Assembly: GCA_024278215.1 (NCBI GenBank)
Contig: JAJRTR010000011.1
Coordinates: 25,583 to 89,582 of the forward strand
Source: a bacterium
GTDB lineage: Bacteria > UBP15 > UBA6099 > JAJRTR01
DNA: 64,000 nt
Direction of reading: 5' to 3'
This document shows, piece after piece, positions 38,752-48,252 of this stretch. The notes under the pieces were generated by a model. That model was not told the DNA's origin. It saw nothing but the letters and a program-made list of their open reading frames with translations, and searched no databases. Numbering within the stretch: position 1 is the stretch's first letter; every line of letters starts with the position of its first letter. Position numbers and translations under genes: made by a program.

Positions 38752-40113
38752 ATGGGAAATGGTAAAACCCGCAAGAAGATATGTTTCGGCACGGACGGCA
38801 TAAGAGGAGTAGCCAACAGCGAACTCACGCCGGAAGTGGCCCTGCTGATAGGAAAATGCACGGCGCACCAGTTGTGCAATGGCGCGGAGGGCCGCGTGAT
38901 GGTGGCAAAAGACACACGTGTTTCCGGCGACATGCTCGAAGCCGCGCTCGTCGCCGGTATCCTCTCCACCGGCGCGGATGTCTGGCGCATCGGCATCGCC
39001 CCCACCCCGGCACTTGCCTATCTCACAAACATTCGCAATTGTGATTGCGGGCTCATGATCTCCGCCTCTCACAATCCCGTCGAAGACAACGGCATAAAAG
39101 TTTTTTCAGGGAAAGGCTACAAGCTCGATCAATCCGTCGAAGACTGCATCGAGTCGCTTATGTGTGATTGCGGTGCCTCGTGCCGCGCGGTCGGCGGCGA
39201 CGGTGTCGGATATTCGATCAATAAATCTAATATCACCGGAGAATATGTCGACTTTGTGCGCGGTCTGCTCGAAGGTGTCCATTTCGACAAACCTGTTGTT
39301 GTCGATTGCGCCTATGGCGCCGCGTCGCGCTCAGCAAAACGTATCTTTAAAAATGTTTCCGCTGAAATGATTTTCATGCACAGCGATGAAGACGGAAAGA
39401 AAATAAATGTCGATTGCGGCTCGACCCGGCCCGGGTCGCTACAGAAGAAAGTGCTCAAACACGGCGCGGCGCTCGGTTTCGCGTTCGACGGCGACGGCGA
39501 CAGGGTGATTTTCGTAAACGAAAAGGGAGAAGTCGTCGACGGCGACCAGGTCATGCTCCTGTGCGGACGCAAGTTCATCAAAGACGGGAGGCTCAAGGGC
39601 AACACCGTCGTCTCAACCGTAATGAGCAACATGTCGCTTGAAAAAGAGATAGCAAAACTCGGCGGAAAAATGCTGCGCACTCCTGTGGGCGACAAATATG
39701 TCCTGAGGGAAATGAAAAGAAATGGCTATATACTCGGCGGCGAGCAGTCGGGCCACATAATTTTTCTCGACCGCTCGACCACCGGCGACGGGCTTCTCAC
39801 TGCCGCCGAAGTCCTCAAAATCGTCACAGAAGACGGTCGCCCTTTCTCCGAGCAGACACTGCTCGAACGCTCGGCGCAGTTCCTGAAAAATGTCCGTGTG
39901 CCCGACAAAGAATCATTCTATGAAAGCAAAGTTATCTCCGCGAAAGTCAGCGAAATCGAGAACCGGCTTGGAGAAAGCGGCAGGGTGGTTGTCCGCCCTT
40001 CGGGCACCGAACCGCTGATTCGCGTCATGGTCGAGTCATGGGACAAAACCGTCGCGGAAGCATACACCGACGAAATAATTGATACAGTAAAAAACGTGTT
40101 TGAATTGAGTTGA
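38752..40113 (+). CDS. glmM: Phosphoglucosamine mutase GlmM
   Basis: GTDGIRG; active-site loop SASHNPVEDNGIK. 453 aa. Confidence 0.9.
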   Translation: MGNGKTRKKICFGTDGIRGVANSELTPEVALLIGKCTAHQLCNGAEGRVMVAKDTRVSGDMLEAALVAGILSTGADVWRIGIAPTPALAYLTNIRNCDCGLMISASHNPVEDNGIKVFSGKGYKLDQSVEDCIESLMCDCGASCRAVGGDGVGYSINKSNITGEYVDFVRGLLEGVHFDKPVVVDCAYGAASRSAKRIFKNVSAEMIFMHSDEDGKKINVDCGSTRPGSLQKKVLKHGAALGFAFDGDGDRVIFVNEKGEVVDGDQVMLLCGRKFIKDGRLKGNTVVSTVMSNMSLEKEIAKLGGKMLRTPVGDKYVLREMKRNGYILGGEQSGHIIFLDRSTTGDGLLTAAEVLKIVTEDGRPFSEQTLLERSAQFLKNVRVPDKESFYESKVISAKVSEIENRLGESGRVVVRPSGTEPLIRVMVESWDKTVAEAYTDEIIDTVKNVFELS

Positions 40114-40171
40114 ATCGAAGGTATTGACGGCGACCGGCTGAAGCGCCATGGAATCCGCGATGTCGTAACAA

Positions 40172-41095
40172 TCACTTTTGTGCAAAATCAATTATCGCTT
40201 CAGCAGTTTTTTCAGGTTTCTGCATCGGGAACATGTGACCGACATTCTTAAATTCAACGAACTCGGCTTCCGGTCGTATCTTCTTGAGCAAACGCCATGA
40301 TTTATCAGTCACGACATCGGAGTGCTCGCCTCTCACGATAAGTGTCGGCGTTTTTATCTTCTTTATCCATTTCCATATATCCGTCGGTACCGACTCGAAC
40401 AGCACCGCCTCGATTTCCGGTGGGCAGGAAAGTTCCACACCGCCGGGAACATCAGCCAGATCGTAGTCTATATAGCTGCGCAGCATCGTTTCCGACCAGC
40501 CTCTGAACAACTTCTTGTCATGAAAATACGCGAATGCCTCGTCGCGCGACTTCCATCCGTTACACCGTTTGCGGGCTCCGGCGGAGAGGGGGAACCTGTG
40601 TTTCTGTCCCGCCAATGTCGCAACTTTTATCAACGCGATAGTTTTCGGTTCGAGAAATACCGGGTCCAGAAGTATAAGCTTCCTGAAAAGCGCCGGTCTC
40701 TTCACCGATGCGATCGCCGCCAGGGCACCGCCCATCGAATGGCCCACTCCGACTACCGGTTCCCTGACCACCACTTCCAGGAACTCTATCAGTTCGTCTA
40801 CAAGCTGGAACCAGTTTTTTATCTCCGGTTTGTTCAATCCACAATCGTAGCGGCACCGCGAAAGATGACAGGCGTTCAAGCCGAATGTGTGGAAACGATC
40901 GCCGAGAAGATTGAATATGTATTGATAAGTTCCGGCTCCGAACCCGTTTGCATGGCCGAAGTGCAGCCGAGCGCCACTGCCGGTTTCGATATAGTTGAGG
41001 CAGGTATTGCCTGTCTGAAATTTCTTCAGTTCCATCGTTATGCTTACACACAGATGCAACGACACAGTCGTTGCATTCCAGGTATTTTCAAACAC
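40172..41095 (-). CDS. Alpha/beta-fold hydrolase
   Basis: Nucleophile elbow GHSMGG; 307 aa. Confidence 0.7.
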   Translation of the reverse strand: MFENTWNATTVSLHLCVSITMELKKFQTGNTCLNYIETGSGARLHFGHANGFGAGTYQYIFNLLGDRFHTFGLNACHLSRCRYDCGLNKPEIKNWFQLVDELIEFLEVVVREPVVGVGHSMGGALAAIASVKRPALFRKLILLDPVFLEPKTIALIKVATLAGQKHRFPLSAGARKRCNGWKSRDEAFAYFHDKKLFRGWSETMLRSYIDYDLADVPGGVELSCPPEIEAVLFESVPTDIWKWIKKIKTPTLIVRGEHSDVVTDKSWRLLKKIRPEAEFVEFKNVGHMFPMQKPEKTAEAIIDFAQK

Positions 41096-41135
41096 CTTAT
41101 TTAAATACTCTCCAGTGAACGGTGATAAATAAGGG

Positions 41136-41282
41136 TGTTAGCGTCAATACTGTTTACTTAAGGTCACGCCCGGCCACAGGCGGGACGCCTGTGCTACTGT
41201 ATCTCACAGCATCGCAGCAGTACGACAGGCGTCTCGCCTGTCGTAAAAAGCATTAAGTAAACGGTATTGGTGTTAGCGTACA
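41136..41282. ncRNA. Candidate structured element: long closing inverted repeat enclosing two similar GC-rich hairpins
   Basis: AATACTGTTTACTTAAG (41146-41162) pairs with CTTAAGTAAACGGTATT (41255-41271). Internal hairpins acaggcgGGACgcctgt and gacaggcgTCTCgcctgtc. Direct repeat GGTGTTAGCGT at both ends. Confidence 0.35.
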
Positions 41283-41395
41283 AAACAACAAAAAAGACGC
41301 TGGAATCCGTGTCTTAACTTTTTTTGCAATCAAACTTTTCAAAAAACAGTTTTCACTTAATTTGGACACTACCAAAATAAATCCTTGAACGATGA

Positions 41396-42043
41396 TCACC
41401 GGAGGATACCGATTCTACCCGGTGGCCAGAAACGGAAGAAGGCCTTTGCCTGTATATTTTTCTCCGGCAGCAAACCCCATATACGGCTGTCCAGACTGTT
41501 GTTCCTGTTGTCTCCCATCATGAAAAGATACCCCTTGGGAATCTTTCTCATCGGATAGTCCCTGCGAGGCGGCGCTTTTATATACGGCTCGTCCAGCGGC
41601 ACTCCGTTCAAAATCACTTTCCCGTCTTTTACGGCAATCGTATCACCGCCGACCGCCACCACTCTTTTGAGAAACGAAGTTATTTTACCGTGTTCGCTTT
41701 CCGCGACCACATCCGGCGGCCTGAAAGCAATAATGTCACCGTGCTTCGGCTCATGCAGCCTGTACACGAATCTGTTGCCGAACACCCTGTCGCGCGGTAT
41801 TATCGTCGGCTCCATCGAGCCTGTCGGGATCATGTATGCCTGTATGAAAAACGACTTTATTATCAGCGCCAGTATCAGCGCGATGACAATAGATTTCACC
41901 CACTCGATTATTTCGTCGACCATTCCCGGTTTTTCTTTGCCGCTTTTCGCGGCGGGCGCCGCACCCGGCCCGCCGACCGGTTCTTCGCTTCCGCCGAATC
42001 CGGTATTCTCTGTTTCGTTAATGTCCAACTCGCTTGCCTCCAT
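41396..42043 (-). CDS. lepB: Signal peptidase I
   Basis: Catalytic-Ser box IPTGSMEPT; motifs GDNRNNSLDSR and GDIIAF. N-terminal G/P/A-rich extension and a TM. Confidence 0.85.
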   Translation of the reverse strand: MEASELDINETENTGFGGSEEPVGGPGAAPAAKSGKEKPGMVDEIIEWVKSIVIALILALIIKSFFIQAYMIPTGSMEPTIIPRDRVFGNRFVYRLHEPKHGDIIAFRPPDVVAESEHGKITSFLKRVVAVGGDTIAVKDGKVILNGVPLDEPYIKAPPRRDYPMRKIPKGYLFMMGDNRNNSLDSRIWGLLPEKNIQAKAFFRFWPPGRIGILR

Positions 42044-42131
42044 TCGACTGTCTCGATATCGCTTACGGCCTCATCCTATCGCTCGGATTACATTCGTTTC
42101 GACAGACGACTACAGATTTTATATCACATAA

Positions 42132-42190
42132 GAGCCAATTGCAAAATTCCGGTTCCGCCGCGGCAGGCGGCAATTGTCCCTGGCCCCGTT
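42132..42190 (-). mobile_element. MITE-like repeat end fragment
   Basis: gagccaattgcaaaattccggttccgccgcggcaggcggcaattgtcc matches the terminal inverted repeat plus subterminal region of copy A. Confidence 0.6.
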
Positions 42191-42270
42191 GCCGGTAAGA
42201 TTACATCGCCTGAAGTGATTATCCATAACCTGATCGCGGGATGCCGCTTTTGCATATAATGTAAAAATAT

Positions 42271-43374
42271 GTGTGTTATCCTTTATATTATAATATGATG
42301 GTAGATCTCGCTGTCAGGTCATTGAGCTACAGGCTCTTCTACTACACGGGCATGCCGCCGCTGCTGCCTGTGACGCTTGCGGTCAGTGTCACCCGAAGAT
42401 GCAACGCGCGATGCAGGACATGCCGGGTTTACACACGCAAAAGCGAAGAATTAACGATCGGTGAATACGAAAAAATATTCGAATCGCTTTCAAGGGTTCC
42501 GCGGTGGATCACTTTTACAGGCGGCGAACCGTTCATGCGCAAAGACCTCTGCGGTATCATAGACGCCGCGGCCCGATATATACGACCCGACGCTATTACA
42601 ATTCCCACAAATGGCTGGTATACGGAACGAGTTCTGAAATTCGTGGGCGACACAGTGAAAAAAAATCCCGGGATAAAATTCATAATAAATATTTCACTCG
42701 ATGGGATCGGTGCGGCGCATGATGCCAACAGAGGACTTGAGGGCTGTTTTGAACATGTGCGCGAGACTTTTTTCGAGTTGCGGGAACTGAACGATGTGCC
42801 GAACCTGCACCTCGGAATAAACACTGTAATATCAAGGTATAACATTGACGGAATCCCGGACCTGATTAAATATGTGGGTACAATGGAACCGGACACACAT
42901 ATTTTTGAACCCGCCCAGCAGCGCAAAGAACTTCGCGTCAACACGCTGGACCTCGAACCTCCACTCGACAAATACACAAAGCTGTTGCCGTTGCTGTCAG
43001 AAGCCGGACAGCCCGGCAACAACAACCGTTTCACACAGGCAATCGGCAGCTTCAGACGTGAATATTACAGGCTGAGCCTGAAGATAATGAAACGCAGCGA
43101 GCAGGTCATTCCCTGTTTCGCGGGAATAGTCTCAGCGCACATATCGCCGGGCGGGAACGTGTGGCCTTGCTGCACACTCGCGAGTCCCATGGGCAATCTG
43201 CGCGACAATCGATACCGGTTCGACCGTGTGTGGGACAGCAGGGAAGCCTCACAAATCAGGAAATACATCAGGGCGAGACGCTGCTACTGCGCAATGGCCA
43301 ATGCTTCATACTCCAACATCGCTATGAATTTCGCTTCGATGCTGCGCATAGCCGCACGTTTTGCTGTTGGATAA
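42271..43374 (+). CDS. Radical SAM enzyme with C-terminal SPASM-like Cys-rich domain
   Basis: Cluster motif CNARCRTC (CxxxCxxC). C-terminal CFAG...GNVWPCC...C...C auxiliary-cluster cysteines. Confidence 0.7.
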   Translation: MCYPLYYNMMVDLAVRSLSYRLFYYTGMPPLLPVTLAVSVTRRCNARCRTCRVYTRKSEELTIGEYEKIFESLSRVPRWITFTGGEPFMRKDLCGIIDAAARYIRPDAITIPTNGWYTERVLKFVGDTVKKNPGIKFIINISLDGIGAAHDANRGLEGCFEHVRETFFELRELNDVPNLHLGINTVISRYNIDGIPDLIKYVGTMEPDTHIFEPAQQRKELRVNTLDLEPPLDKYTKLLPLLSEAGQPGNNNRFTQAIGSFRREYYRLSLKIMKRSEQVIPCFAGIVSAHISPGGNVWPCCTLASPMGNLRDNRYRFDRVWDSREASQIRKYIRARRCYCAMANASYSNIAMNFASMLRIAARFAVG

Positions 43375-43393
43375 ACAGCGCCGGAAGTCATTT

Positions 43394-43456
43394 GAGCCAT
43401 TTGCAACATTCTGATTCCGCTGCGGCCTCGCTACGAACATAATTTTGCAATCGGCT
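43394..43456 (-). mobile_element. Internally deleted mini-copy of the MITE-like repeat (both ends retained, ~63 bp)
   Basis: gagccatttgcaacattctgattccgctgcgg joined to cctcgctacgaacataattttgcaatcggctc; this matches the 5' and 3' ends of copy A. Confidence 0.6.
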
Positions 43457-43565
43457 CGTATATTGAAATCGCAATGAAGTAACTATATAATTTACGCGAT
43501 CCCTGCTCAGAACAATGACATAAACATAATATTGCAGGAAATCCAACATACAGACGTGGTGCTAT

Positions 43566-44534
43566 ATGGCAAAGCGGAAATTTTATGTAATACTGAATGG
43601 GAAAGCCGGCAGGCGAGGGCTCGATTTCTCGAAGGCCGAGATCGAGAAATACTTCAAGAAGCACGACCCGGAGGCGGATGTGGAGTTCGGGGTGACCGAG
43701 CGCCCGATGCACGCCGCCGAACTGGCCCGGCAGGCTGCGCAGAGGGGCGGCTATTACGCCGTTGTCGCTGTCGGCGGCGACGGCACAGTCAACGAAGTCG
43801 TCAACGGCATGGCCGATACCGGCGTCACGATGGGCGTGATACCGAACGGGAGTACAAACATTTTCTGCACGACGGAAATGAAGATGTCTGCTGATTTCGA
43901 CGAGGCCATCAAGCTGCTGATCGAAGGGATACCGGTGAAGATCGACGCGGGCAAAGTAGGCGACAGGTATTTTATATGGATGCTCGGTGTGGGCCTCGAG
44001 GCGAAAATCGCAAACGAAGTCAACCCGAAGATAAAGAAGTATTTCGGTGTCCTTTCGTATGTCCTCGCCGCGCTCAAGCAGCTTCCCAACATAGGTTTCC
44101 AGGTGATGAAAATAGTCATGGATGACGAAAAGCAACTGACGTTTTCATCTTTGAATACGATAATCGGGAACGCTACAAGTTTCGAGGGCATATTCGGCAT
44201 CAAATCCCGGTTCAGCATCAAGGACGGTTTTCTCGACATTTGCGTGTTCCAGCGATGGACGATAATAGGAGTGATCCAGCTAATAAAGAATTTTATTATG
44301 GGGCGCCGGGACTACTATCGTTTCACCGACAGGTTCGGCGCGGCGCATGTAAGGACGAAAAGGCTTACATTGGATACAGTACCGAATGCCTGGTACCACG
44401 TGGACGGCGAAGTCATGGGGCAGACGCCGATAGAAGTGCACGTCTGCGAGAAGGCGATAACAATGATTGTCCCCGAGAAAGTTGCCGGTAAAAAGGCAAC
44501 GGAGAAATGGCGGAACGAAGGGGTTATTATTTGA
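43566..44534 (+). CDS. Diacylglycerol kinase-family lipid kinase (YegS/DagK-like)
   Basis: DAGK catalytic motif VAVGGDGTVNEVVNGM; 322 aa. Confidence 0.8.
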   Translation: MAKRKFYVILNGKAGRRGLDFSKAEIEKYFKKHDPEADVEFGVTERPMHAAELARQAAQRGGYYAVVAVGGDGTVNEVVNGMADTGVTMGVIPNGSTNIFCTTEMKMSADFDEAIKLLIEGIPVKIDAGKVGDRYFIWMLGVGLEAKIANEVNPKIKKYFGVLSYVLAALKQLPNIGFQVMKIVMDDEKQLTFSSLNTIIGNATSFEGIFGIKSRFSIKDGFLDICVFQRWTIIGVIQLIKNFIMGRRDYYRFTDRFGAAHVRTKRLTLDTVPNAWYHVDGEVMGQTPIEVHVCEKAITMIVPEKVAGKKATEKWRNEGVII

Positions 44535-44698
44535 GCGGAAGGCCGGTTCCTGCGCATTACACTTGAAAGCGGGGGGGCTGATAGTTCAGAATACTGTGGC
44601 CGCGGGCGGAGAACGCGAGACGGGCGGCAGGAATTATTTTGATTATTATGTTTTGAATGAAAGTACACGTGGTACAAACACAGAGAGGATGAAGAGGA

Positions 44699-45001
44699 AT
44701 GGATATTTCTGTTAAAAAAGAGGGGTCGGTTGTGTATATCACACCGGAAGAGGAAATCCACTTCGATAATTATAAACAACTCGAAGAAGAGATTCTCAAG
44801 GAGATAGAAGAAGGTGCCAGGGAGATAGTGCTGGATTTGACCAACGTGGAAACCCTTTACAGCATGACGCTTGGGATGTTCAACAACATAGCAACGCTGA
44901 TAGCGAGGAAGGGCGGGGATTTCGCGCTGACCAACATAAATAAAGACATTAGAAAAGTCATGAAAGCCACGAGGCTTGATAAGATTATTACTGTAAAATA
45001 A
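44699..45001 (+). CDS. STAS-domain anti-sigma-factor antagonist (SpoIIAA/RsbV-like)
   Basis: 100 aa with STAS fold features, including a conserved Ser/Thr region (TLYSMTLG). Confidence 0.65.
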   Translation: MDISVKKEGSVVYITPEEEIHFDNYKQLEEEILKEIEEGAREIVLDLTNVETLYSMTLGMFNNIATLIARKGGDFALTNINKDIRKVMKATRLDKIITVK

Positions 45002-45092
45002 TATTCAAAACCGGACTCTAATTGCATACCGACCCGAAAATTTCTGTTGCGATATATAAACGGCAATCGACTTTTCTGAAAGACAGGAAAAA

Positions 45093-46010
45093 ATGGGATT
45101 GAAAAAGTATCACATTCTGGTAGCCGACGATTCGCGTTCGGTTCGCGCATTTTTCGAGGATGTTTTCGCAAAGAAGGATAACTACGAATCGCAGTTTGCG
45201 GCTTCGGGAGAGGAAGCTGTCGAAATCTTCAGAAAAAGCATCAGCGGCGAGATAAAACCTTTCGATTTCGTTCTTTCCGACATCAGCATGCCCGGCATGA
45301 ATGGATTTGAAACACTCGAAGAGATAAAGAAACTCGATCCCAACGTCAAGACAGGAATGATCACAGGATTCAATGTCGATGATTACATAAAAATGGCGCT
45401 CGACAAGGGCGTATATAATATTATTTGCAAGATGGACAGTCCGGCGGAGATTGTCAGAACTGTAGACAATCTCATCACAGGCGAGAACTTGATGGGAATT
45501 GAAAATTACCTCGCACCCGGAACAGAAATTAAAAAAGTCAAGGTAAACCATACCTCTGAATTGAAAGTTGTGGTAGGTGAAATACTGGATTTCTGCAGCG
45601 ACATGCTTGACGAAGAAAAACAGTACGGGCTCAAGACCGGCCTTGTCGAAATGGGCACAAACGCTATTTATCATGCCTACGGTTACGAAAAAGGCTCCCA
45701 GGTGGAGCTGAAGTCTACAGAGGAAGTATATATCCAGTACGGCGCGGACGACGACTGCCTGGTTGTCGTGATTGCCGACACGAGCGGAACACTGACCAGG
45801 GAAAAAGTGTTGTCGCAACTCAACAAGTGCATAAATCCGAGTCAGGAAGACCTTGTCGCATCCGGCGGAAGGGGCCTGTACCTGACCCGCTATCTTTGCG
45901 ACAAAGTCATTGTCAACCTCGAAAAGAAAAAACGTACCGAAATGGTTCTGATCATGAATTTTAATAACGACCAGATCGAAAACAAGCCTCTTCTTGTCAA
46001 TCAGTTCTGA
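45093..46010 (+). CDS. Response regulator fused to an anti-sigma regulatory factor-type Ser kinase (REC + HATPase_c_2, RsbW/SpoIIAB-like)
   Basis: REC (ILVADDSRSV...DISMPGMNGF). The C-terminal GHKL region (EMGTNAIYHAY...VVIADTSG...GGRGLYL) resembles RsbW-type kinases. Confidence 0.6.
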   Translation: MGLKKYHILVADDSRSVRAFFEDVFAKKDNYESQFAASGEEAVEIFRKSISGEIKPFDFVLSDISMPGMNGFETLEEIKKLDPNVKTGMITGFNVDDYIKMALDKGVYNIICKMDSPAEIVRTVDNLITGENLMGIENYLAPGTEIKKVKVNHTSELKVVVGEILDFCSDMLDEEKQYGLKTGLVEMGTNAIYHAYGYEKGSQVELKSTEEVYIQYGADDDCLVVVIADTSGTLTREKVLSQLNKCINPSQEDLVASGGRGLYLTRYLCDKVIVNLEKKKRTEMVLIMNFNNDQIENKPLLVNQF

Positions 46011-46086
46011 TTCCACTCCCCACTCAGTTTCGGACACTGTGTTTCATTGCATCGTGTTTTTATTGCGTTGAATATACAACAGAGTT

Positions 46087-48252
46087 ATGATTGTGTTGGA
46101 TACCGTGCGGCGGCGGATGGCGACAATGAGCACAAGACATTTTATTCGCATTGTTATTATCACCGTATTTGCGGTGTCTATATGCCGGTGCGCGAAAAGC
46201 ATCGTCACCAACGAACCGCGTCCGGAGATATACTGGGAATTCTCAGACAGGAATAATCCTGTTGCCATCGAGAAAGTAATAGTGCGTTTTGACGGCGAAG
46301 ATGTAAGCGAGTACGCGGACACGGAATCGTGGCGGATAAGCTACAGGCCACTCGAACCGCTCGCGCCGGGCGAACACGATGCGGTAATCGTGATCTACGA
46401 CAACTTCGGGAAGAGAGCGGAGCGAGCGTGGAAGATCGTGGTCGATCCCGATGCGCCGGACACCATCAGTCCTCGCGTTGAATTCGTCGAACCGTCCCCG
46501 GCATACGGCGCTGTGCTGAATTCCGGGAGCGGTATTGCCATAGCCGCTGAAATAACGGACATGGGCGGCAGCGGGGTGGTCGAAGACACTGTTTCCATCA
46601 GAACATTTAAAGACGGTTATCTTAATAAAGAAATATGCAATTTCCCGAGGTATCTCGACGGGAAGATAAGTTGCAGCCTGTGTCGCCTGCACACGGGAAT
46701 ATACAGGATTTTCATATCCGCCCGTGATCATGCCGGCAACAAATCGGCTGAAAAAGAACTCTTTTTCTCCGTAGATTCCACAAAGCCTTCGATGGTCGAC
46801 TTTAAGCTTGAACCGGAAACGGTGGGACCCGATGACGAGATCGTCGTTGCCGCGAATCTTTATGACATACCCCCTGAAAATCTGTCGCAGTGGTTTGTTC
46901 GTGTTCTGAACCCGGAAGGTAAGACGGTGAAAGAATTCGGCGCGCCCGCAATAGAAGGGGAAAACACCCTTCGGTTCAGAGGTTTCGAGATAGAGGATAA
47001 TCCGCGCGGATCGTACAGGATAAAGGCTTATGTCGAGGACAGCGCGGGCAACATGACCGAATCCCCTTTTACGGCTGATATTGTCGTCCGGCCGGGAGAT
47101 GTTGCCGATAAGCATCCCACCGGTGCCGGCGCGGACAAAACGGGACCGGAAGCCATAGTGCCGGTGCCGCCTGATATGCCGGGCCCGCTGCCCGAACCGA
47201 ATATTGAACCTTATGCAGGCAGTGAACATGCCGCCGCCGGTATTTTCCCCGATCCGACATCCTGGGCCGGTGATACCGGTGATTCAAATAAACTGCCCGA
47301 AGACGACAAATCCAAATACAAGACCGAAAAGGAGATCGTGATCCTGCGCACGGACGCCGCACTGCCGGAATCGTCACATGAACCGTCGAACGATACCGCG
47401 CCGCCTTCGATAATTTCCATTTCTCCCCGGGACGGACTTACCACCGACAACATGTCGCCGGACATATCGTTCGGGTTCGAGGACATCGGCGGCGCGGGAG
47501 TAGACATTGCTTCTGTCCGGCTGGTGCTCGACGGAGAAGATCATTCTGAAGAAATCGAGATTAAAAAGAACAGTGCGATATACCGTCCGCCGGAACCGCT
47601 TGCGCCGGGGAGGCATATTGCCGAAGCCGGTGTCTCGGATTCCATCGGTAATGTCGCCTCAAAGAAATGGTCGTTCACCATAGCGCCCCGGTCAATAGTG
47701 GACTTATCGCCGCCTTCGGTTTCCTTCGTCTACCCGCCTCAAAATTTCATTACGAACAACAGGGTGGTGATGCTCAAGGCTGATCTGCGGGATAATGTTT
47801 CCGTGGATATGGACAGCATCACACTGACATTGGATATGAAAGATGTGTCTGTGGACGGGTTGTGCGTCGTAGACAAAAAAAACAAACTTATATGCCGTCT
47901 TGTGCTCGATGAAGGGAAACACAGGGTGTCGGTCTCGTGCTCGGACGATGAAGGCAACAGAAGCTCGGCGGCGCTCGCGCTTACTGTGGATGTCACAGCG
48001 CCCGAGACGATCATCACCAGCCATTTCGAGGGGCAGAAAGTTGCCGGGGATAAGATCGAACTTTCGGGCCGCATCTACGATATGTACGGTCATCCCGTGA
48101 AGGTCACAGTGGACGGACTGCCCGCGGAAGTCGACGCTAATTACTGGACCGTCGACAAACTGCCGATCAAACCGGGAGTGAATAATATTCAGATAATATC
48201 GAAAGATTCCGCGGGCAATATCGGCGAATCATCTATCACCCTTTATCACTAG
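46087..48252 (+). CDS. Exported multi-domain Ig-like (Big/cadherin-like) repeat protein
   Basis: N-terminal hydrophobic/lipoprotein-like segment ending in Cys; 721 aa of repeated beta-sandwich-like modules (motif ...RDHAGN / SDSIGN / KDSAGN repeated). Confidence 0.5.
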   Translation: MIVLDTVRRRMATMSTRHFIRIVIITVFAVSICRCAKSIVTNEPRPEIYWEFSDRNNPVAIEKVIVRFDGEDVSEYADTESWRISYRPLEPLAPGEHDAVIVIYDNFGKRAERAWKIVVDPDAPDTISPRVEFVEPSPAYGAVLNSGSGIAIAAEITDMGGSGVVEDTVSIRTFKDGYLNKEICNFPRYLDGKISCSLCRLHTGIYRIFISARDHAGNKSAEKELFFSVDSTKPSMVDFKLEPETVGPDDEIVVAANLYDIPPENLSQWFVRVLNPEGKTVKEFGAPAIEGENTLRFRGFEIEDNPRGSYRIKAYVEDSAGNMTESPFTADIVVRPGDVADKHPTGAGADKTGPEAIVPVPPDMPGPLPEPNIEPYAGSEHAAAGIFPDPTSWAGDTGDSNKLPEDDKSKYKTEKEIVILRTDAALPESSHEPSNDTAPPSIISISPRDGLTTDNMSPDISFGFEDIGGAGVDIASVRLVLDGEDHSEEIEIKKNSAIYRPPEPLAPGRHIAEAGVSDSIGNVASKKWSFTIAPRSIVDLSPPSVSFVYPPQNFITNNRVVMLKADLRDNVSVDMDSITLTLDMKDVSVDGLCVVDKKNKLICRLVLDEGKHRVSVSCSDDEGNRSSAALALTVDVTAPETIITSHFEGQKVAGDKIELSGRIYDMYGHPVKVTVDGLPAEVDANYWTVDKLPIKPGVNNIQIISKDSAGNIGESSITLYH

